Shown here: piece after piece, positions 57,435-64,000 of the stretch
Layout: every line of letters starts with the position of its first letter
Numbering within the stretch: position 1 is the first letter of the stretch
DNA from: Phaeosaccion multiseriatum
Taxonomy: Eukaryota; Protista; Ochrophyta, other classes
Direction: 5' to 3'
Length of the DNA stretch: 64,000 bases
Assembly: GCA_965112735.1 (NCBI GenBank)
Contig: OZ218950.1
Location: 7,254,001-7,318,000, forward strand
The notes under the pieces: generated by a model
Told to the model about the DNA's origin: nothing
Databases searched by the model: none
Seen by the model: only the letters and a program-made list of their open reading frames with translations
Program-made: the position numbers and the translations under genes

Positions 57435-60400
57435 ACGGGCTCGCGGACTGGCGCATCTTCTCTACAGAGTTTGCCCACACCCGCCTGCCTTTTCCTTCTT
57501 TTCCTTCTTACTTCATTCATCCCACCCACCTTCCCCTCCCTCCTCACCTGCGCTTCCGCTCCCTCTCCTTCTCGCGCTTGAGCAGCTTGGCTTTCTTGGC
57601 AGCTGCCGCCGCCCTCTTCCTCCTCCTGTCACCCTCTCCGTCGCTGTCCGCGCTCGATACAGATGGAACCTCGCTCTCCTCTTCCTCTTCGTCCTCCTCC
57701 TCCTCGCTCCTTGTGCCCCCCGACATACTCTCATCCTCATCCTCATCCTCCTCCTCCCCCTCCTCCTCCTCCTCCTCCTCCCCCTTTCCCCAGCGCTTGT
57801 CCCACTGAGATGGCTCAATGTCACTCTCGTCCTCGTCTTGCTGCGGGGTCTCGTCCCTTACCCTCCCTCCCTCTTCGTCAAAGGCGCGGACATCGAAGAA
57901 CACGCTGCTGCTGCTGGCGTTACGAGTCTCCTCTGTGTGAAGTTTGAGTTTCGGTTTTGGGGTTGAGTGTTTAGTTTTCCGAATTGGGGGGGGAGGAATT
58001 GCTGACCCCTATTCAATACACACACACACACACACTCACACACACTCACACACACACAAGAGAGAGCGAGAGAAGTGTACCCACCCGGATTGGTGTAGAC
58101 GAGGTCCCTTGTGACCATCCTCACGGCTCTGTCGGAGGAAAGGGAGAGCTCCACGTCCATCGCGTCAGAGCCTCGGGCCGTGTTGCGCAGACGCAGGCGC
58201 CGCCCGTCGAAGGGCACGAACACCTGCAGCGCAGCAGTTACATGCAAGCAGTTACATGCAGCAGTTACATGCAGCAGTTACATGCAGCAGTTACATGTGC
58301 ATGTTTAGAATTAGAGAAGCCCATAATCAATCATTGGCTTACTTCAGCCCACCCCCGCACACAACCACCTACTCACGCACACAAGCAAGCACGCACACAT
58401 GCAGGCGCACACACGCACACACGCACACACGCACGCACGCACCTGCATGCCCAGAACGACGGGTAGAGCGGCCTGCTGCAGCTCCGCTCGGGCGGCGGAG
58501 AGGGGGTCCATCGACGATGCCCCCCCCCTACCCCGCATACCCCCTCCTCCTCTGCGCCCCCCCCCCCCTCCTCCTTCAGAGTTGTCGCCATTTGAAGACA
58601 GCCGAGCCCTGGTGCGAATGGTGTACTCCACCACGACAACGAGCGTCGCCAACTCATGCTTGACGAAACCGCCAACCTCCAAAGCGTCCAACCCACTTGC
58701 CAGCATGAGTATGTCTGGCGCCTCTGTCTGTTCGAGGGAGGCATCCACCCAGCCGCCCAAGGAACCGCCTCCGCCTGAGCCGTCACCGCCGCCGCCACCA
58801 CCCATATGACTGCTGCCACCCTCCCCGCTGCTACCCCCCGGGAGCACGAGGGAGTGCCCGTTGTGGAAGGACACTTTGACCCTGCGGTCCAGTACCTTGC
58901 TCTTGACGGCTGAGCTGTCACTTGCCTGAAGAGGATCGGCAGAGGCGTGTGTGTGGGACATTGGAAGGACATGGATACAGGCGTATGGGTAGATGGGAGG
59001 GAGCGCATACACTGTCCATATACCTGCAGATGTGCTGTACTCACCTGTGTGCTGACGAGGGATTGCGTGGTCCTCAGCGCTGCCACACCCCTCTTGAGCG
59101 TGCTCTGACGCACCTCCTGGGCGGGCACCTCCTGTTACAGTTACACAGTTACAGTTTAAAAGGCACGTACGTCAGGGGGGTGGGGGGTAGCAAGACAGAG
59201 AGAGTCAGAGCGAATAGGAAGAAGAGGGGATAGGCCGTACAAGATGGAATGGCCCATACACTTCCAACATTGGCCGATAGTCCTCTAACATGGGACGGGC
59301 CCTGCGCACCTGCAGAAGGTGCTTGAGCATGGCCCTTTCGAAGGCCTCCCGCCCGGGGATGTGCACGCGCAAGTTGGTGAGTCGGAACGTCAGGGTGGGC
59401 GCCAGTTGAGGACGCAGGGGCCGGGGCACAAGCCTGCTGCCAAGGGAAAGGGTTCGTTCGGTGCATCGATTAAGGTCTGTGTCAGCCATCCACTGCCGTC
59501 CCTACCATCCACTACCATCCCTCCCTCCCATACCTGCTGTGCCTCTTGCGTCCCCCCTGGTCCTCCAGCTTGAAGCCGAGCACGTTGCCCACGAAGACCG
59601 CCCCGTCCTCTGCCTCCCCCCCGTCCACTGCCATCCCCCTTCGCATTGTGGTCCCCAGCCCCGAGCCGCCTCCCCACGGCAGCTGCACCCTGCGCTCCCT
59701 GACACCAGGCACCGGGTCCAGGCCGCTGACAATCTCGTCCTCTCGGATGAGGTGCTTGGCGTCCAACAGTTTGTCAAACGCCTTGGGGAGTTGGTGATAC
59801 AGAGGAGAGGAAGGAGGGAGACAAGAGAGGATGGCAGAAAAATTAGCGATTGTATCAAGATCAAGAGATTGGACTCATCTCGCTGGACTTAGTGTATCGC
59901 CATTCTCTTCCCCTCTTACTCCTTCTCACCTGCAGCGTGAACCACAGGCTGCACCCCGGAATAGCGCTCTCCCCCATACTCCCCCAGTCCTCCTCCTGGA
60001 AGAAGAGGAGATTCCTCGGGGTTCCGTGGTACACATCCCTGCTCTGTATCGCTCGGAGCTCGTTGGGGCCAAAGCATTGGATGACAGTCCAGCCACAGCC
60101 GAACTGTTTGCCCATCTCGAGGCCGTGTTCGTCGTCCATCTCTGTAGGGATACAGGCAGAAGCATATTGGGAAGGAGGGGATAGATTGAGGCGTATGGGT
60201 AGGCAACAGAGGGGGTTTGAGTTGTCGGCGGCGTGAGGGGGGGCATGAGAAAGCACACTTCCCTTTCGTATTACCCACTCCTTCTCCCCACCCCACCCCC
60301 CATATGCCTCTACCCACCTGTGGCCACGAGCTCCACCACAGCGATGCAGTTGGGATCCTCAAAGCTTGTGTACCAATACGCCACGTCATCATGCAGCGTC

Positions 60401-60693
60401 GTCACGTCCTCCTCATCCGACTCGTCGCCATCCATGAAGTCCGAGTCCGAAGAGGAGCCCGAGCCGTCCCCCCACCTGTTTCTGTTTCTGCCGCTCTCGG
60501 CTCTTCGCTTGGCGCTTCGCTTAGCTCTTCGCTTGGCTGCCTTGCTGGCCTTGGTCTTGCTGGCTCTGCTGCTCTTGCTCTTGCCGCGGCGCGAGCGTGT
60601 GGCGTTCGAGTTGTACATGACCCTACCCATGTCCTCGTCGTCCTCGCCTTGGGAGTTAGGGAGAGAGGGAGAGGGAGGGGGGGGTGGGGAGGG

Positions 60694-60752
<59 letters not shown>

Positions 60753-62309
60753 CGAGAGAGAGAGAACAAGTGAGGGAGGGCGAGGGAGAGGAGGTGTCGA
60801 AGGTCAGCGAAGCATAGCACAGCAAGAGAGAGGCCTTGACCTAGGCAATTCCTGGCTCGTGCTGTCCAATGACGGCCCGCCCGACCCCCCCGCCCCAAGT
60901 CACAACAAGTCACAAGAAGGCTCCCTGCTTGCTCCTCCCTGCTTGCTCCATCTCACAACAAGTCACAAGAAGGCTCCTCCCTGCTTGCTCCATCTCATGG
61001 CCCTCGCCCCTACGCCCCACGGCCTAACGCAGCAATGGAACGTCACTGAACGAATGAGGCCTCTCATCCTGCCCTGCTATCTCTGCTATATCTGCTGTCC
61101 TCTCCGTTTACCTCCGATGCTGCACCCCACGAAAGTGTTGCCGTAGAAGCGGCGACTGCCGCAATGGAAGAAGCTGAGGCTCAGCGAGTAGCGTAGCGAG
61201 TGGCCCGCCTTGTTGACTCTTGCCAGGAAGGGCTTGGGCAGGCTCCATCCCTCCACCTTGGACAGGTGAAGGAAGAAGGGGGTGCAGGCGCCCCCCTTGG
61301 CTCGTCGGGGCTGCTCCGCTTTGGGTAGATCCCCCAAGGATAGGAAGGTCTTTCGGCGGCAGAAGCTCACCCATCCCCTCGCGCGTGCCTCCTCCTTGAC
61401 CTTGGCCCTCGTCTTGAGGATCACTCCGCTCTCTCCGTCCTCCTCCCCGCCAGTAAGTCCGTTGGTGAGTGTCATTCCCAGCCCGACCCTGCTTCCGCCC
61501 CCAGGCGCCCCTCCTCCCCCGGGGGCTCTCCTGCCCCGCGAGCCAATCTTCGGGCTCAATGCGCGCGCATGGCTCCTCGCAAGGGTGCCGCTAGCGCTGA
61601 AGCGGCCGCCGCGTCTTCTCCTGCCGCCGCCGCCGCTGCCGCTGTCACTGCCATACTCGTCTCTGGCGTCTTGCTGCAGCTGCTGGCCCCGGCTGCCCGA
61701 TCTGCGTCTCCTGCTGCCACCGCGCCTTCCCTCCCTCCCCGGTCTACCCTTGCGCCGCCCCCTCCCCCCTCTGTCTTGGTCATCGTCGTCATCATCGAAG
61801 CTGTCCTCCTCGGAGTCGCTCACGCCGTCCTGCCCTTCGTCGCCTTCTTTCTCCTCCCTGCGCCGCCCCCGCCGGGATGCCCGGCGCTTCGGCGAGGGAG
61901 ACTTGCTGCCCCCCCTTCCTTTCTGCGCCTGCCCCTTCTTCTCTTTCCCATTGTCGCCCCCCTTGGCACTCGTCGATGGGCTGCGGCTGCTGCGAGAAAG
62001 GAAGGAGGTGGCAGTCCTCCCACCCAGGATGCCGCCTCGTCCGTCCTTCTTCCCCGCAGCTTTGTCCTTGGTGGTGGCCTGCTTCTTCTTCTTCTTCACG
62101 TCCTCTCCTCTCTCTCCGTCTTGCCTCCTCCTGCTGACATCGCTGCTACCGCCTGGCTTCTTGCCCCTCCCCTTCACCTTGCTCCCCCCTTGCTCCTGTT
62201 GCTCATGCTGGTCCTGCCCCTCGTCCTCATCCCAGGGCATCTGCACCTCACCCCCCCCTTCATCTCCCTTTCTGCTGCTGCTGCTGCCGCCGCCACCAGG
62301 GGCCACCAT
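45659..62309 (-). CDS. NPHP4: Nephrocystin-4 (NPHP4) homologue with an inserted array of ~21 EF-hands, >20 exons
   Basis: N-terminal: [49 protein letters not shown]. Middle: [39 protein letters not shown]-terminal: [83 protein letters not shown]. All resemble NPHP4 as recalled. Confidence 0.88.
49451..49885. repeat. 23-bp intronic minisatellite TGCCATCCGYCCCWTCCATCTAK
   Basis: About 18 tandem copies. Confidence 0.92.
50145..50288. repeat. ~27-bp intronic minisatellite CCATCCCCTCTCTTCCCCTTCCACTG
   Basis: About 5 copies. Confidence 0.9.
50933..51056. repeat. ~20-bp intronic minisatellite CCCATTGACTTACTACCCAC
   Basis: About 6 copies; related copies at ~38453-38485 (inverted) and ~40790-40830. 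Confidence 0.9.
56381..56845. repeat. (GGAT)n-based intronic satellite
   Basis: Seen directly. Confidence 0.95.
57193..57433. repeat. (GCCA)n intronic microsatellite
   Basis: Seen directly. Confidence 0.95.
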
Positions 62310-62656
62310 GCTTCAGGGTGTCCGCGATGCCAATAGGATCTCACCCGCTGCTCTTGGGTGCTTTGCCTGCCTCCTTGATCATTCCATCGCAGCTTTCCAC
62401 CGCTACTTCGGCCCCTGGAGCTTCTCCTCACACTTCTTCTGCTATGGCTCTGCGGATGCGTCTCGCTGCTGCCGTTGAGAGGCTGTTTGGCTGCTCAACC
62501 CACAATGAGGTAAATAACGATATCAAATAACGGAAAATCTTCGAGTCGATACGATACGTAATGATGAATTTGAATTTCAGACTCCCTTCTTCCCGCCCCG
62601 GATCCCCGCCGCCACGCCAATCCTGCCTGCCAGCACGTTAGAGAGAGAAGAGAACG

Positions 62657-62993
62657 ATGAATGCTATCGCATTTGGAGCTGCGGCCATGCTGATGGTATC
62701 GGCAGCCTCCGCCTTTGCCTTTGTGCCCTTCTGTGCCCCCTCAGGCCTCACAAAAAGCCCTGGAAGGCCTCTTGTCGCGGAGCACCAACACTCTCAGCAG
62801 AGCGGTGGAAGGCCAAGTAGATGGAGCGGCTTGCGCATGTCAGACGATGGGATGGACTACCCGAGTGACACAGGTGTGGGGGAGGCCTACGAGCCGCCAC
62901 GGGAGCAGAGCGCGGAGGCCAAGATGGAGCTGACCAAACTCAAGGTAGGCCTCAGCAAGAAAGGATAAAGGCGGGAGGATCCGCTGCTGCCGG

Positions 62994-63024
<31 letters not shown>

Positions 63025-63860
63025 TGCTTGGAAGGGGGGGTACAGCTCTTAGGCGTGGGCAAAGGGATGGACAGAGAGGCTCTGGAGGTGAAGAGACGGG
63101 GGCGTGCGGGGAGTATAGCCCGCACTTGGCGAGGGATTGCGTGGGAATATGTGCTGGAGTGCTGGTGAACAAGCCCATGTGGGGGTGGTTTGCTGCAGTG
63201 AGTGACAAAGCAAAATATCCGCGTCTGCTCCTTCCTCTAAGTCGCCGCGCAGTCCTCCTTCCTAACTCTCTCCCTCTCTCTTTTCCATCCCGCCTCACAA
63301 CAGGTGGAGCTGTTGCGCCTCGCGGCCGCGACGGACCGGGGACAGCTCATGAACACGGAGAGCGGGGCCGCCGACAAGGAGCTCGTGAACGACATCCTCT
63401 ACTCCATGGAGTCGCTCTCCCCCATCCACGAGACCGCGGGCAGCTTCGAGCTCAAGGCGAGTCAAGAGGAAGGGTCGGTGGCAGGGTGTGTGTGTAACAT
63501 CCCGGCAATCACCCCCTTCTCACACCCGTCGCTAGCTTATGCTCTCTAGTCGTAGCCAGAGAGGATGGTGTGCACGTCGGAGGCGTATGTGCTGTGTGCG
63601 TACACCTCCGTCCCCAACCTTCGCTTTGCCTCCCCTTGAGTACGTATCAGTAACCTCCTGCCCCCTGCCCACTCACACAGGGCAAGTGGCTGCTGGTGTA
63701 CTCTTCCGACGATATCACGCGGTCCTCTCCCTTCTTTTGGACGTGGCGCAAGGTGTCAGAGAGCCTCAACACCGCCACTGCCACAGACGCCATTTTTGCC
63801 CTCACAGACAACATCCCCGTCAAGCACATCGGACGGGCCATGCAGGTATGGGCGTGTGTA

Positions 63861-63904
<44 letters not shown>

Positions 63905-64000
63905 TGTGTCCGGGTGTGTGTGTGTGTGTGGGTGCGTGTGTTGTGCTTTACGTGTGCTGTCACACACCCCTGGAGCTCCTTCTTTTCACCCCACAAGAAT
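62657..64000 (+). CDS. Plastid lipid-associated protein/fibrillin family, 5' part; exons 62657-62944, 63304-63456, 63681-63845, continuing beyond the window
   Basis: Signal peptide plus ASAF motif (MNAIAFGAAAMLMVSAASAFAF); LKVELLRLAAATDRGQ..ILYSMESLSP..LK|GKWLLVYSSDDITRSSPFFW. Confidence 0.85.

Overview
GC-rich, intron-dense eukaryotic nuclear DNA. The ASAF-type bipartite plastid presequence on the last gene and a ciliary transition-zone gene point to a photosynthetic stramenopile (ochrophyte) that probably has a flagellated stage. About 13 spliced protein-coding genes were reconstructed by eye: eIF3j (+), a coiled-coil/BAR-like + PH protein (-), a RING-CH protein (+), a RanBP2-Zn-finger/acidic/WD40 protein (-), ALG2 (+), a small Cys/PT-rich fragment (-), QTRT1/TGT (-), an alkaline ceramidase (-), an SLC35B1-type nucleotide-sugar transporter (+), aminopeptidase N (-), an F-box-like/TFIIS-like protein (+), a 16.6-kb NPHP4 homologue (-) and a fibrillin/PAP (+, running off the window). 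Most long ORFs in the track are microsatellite or antisense artefacts. The main findings are: (1) NPHP4 with an internal tandem array of about 21 EF-hands; (2) a TFIIS-like protein with an F-box-like motif whose catalytic acidic hairpin is replaced by basic residues; (3) a strand-polarised motif CTGTATCACCAAC in introns and 3' flanks; (4) intronic microsatellites that mimic donor, branch-point and polypyrimidine signals; (5) five head-to-head gene pairs. Exon boundaries are manual inferences and no database searches were run.
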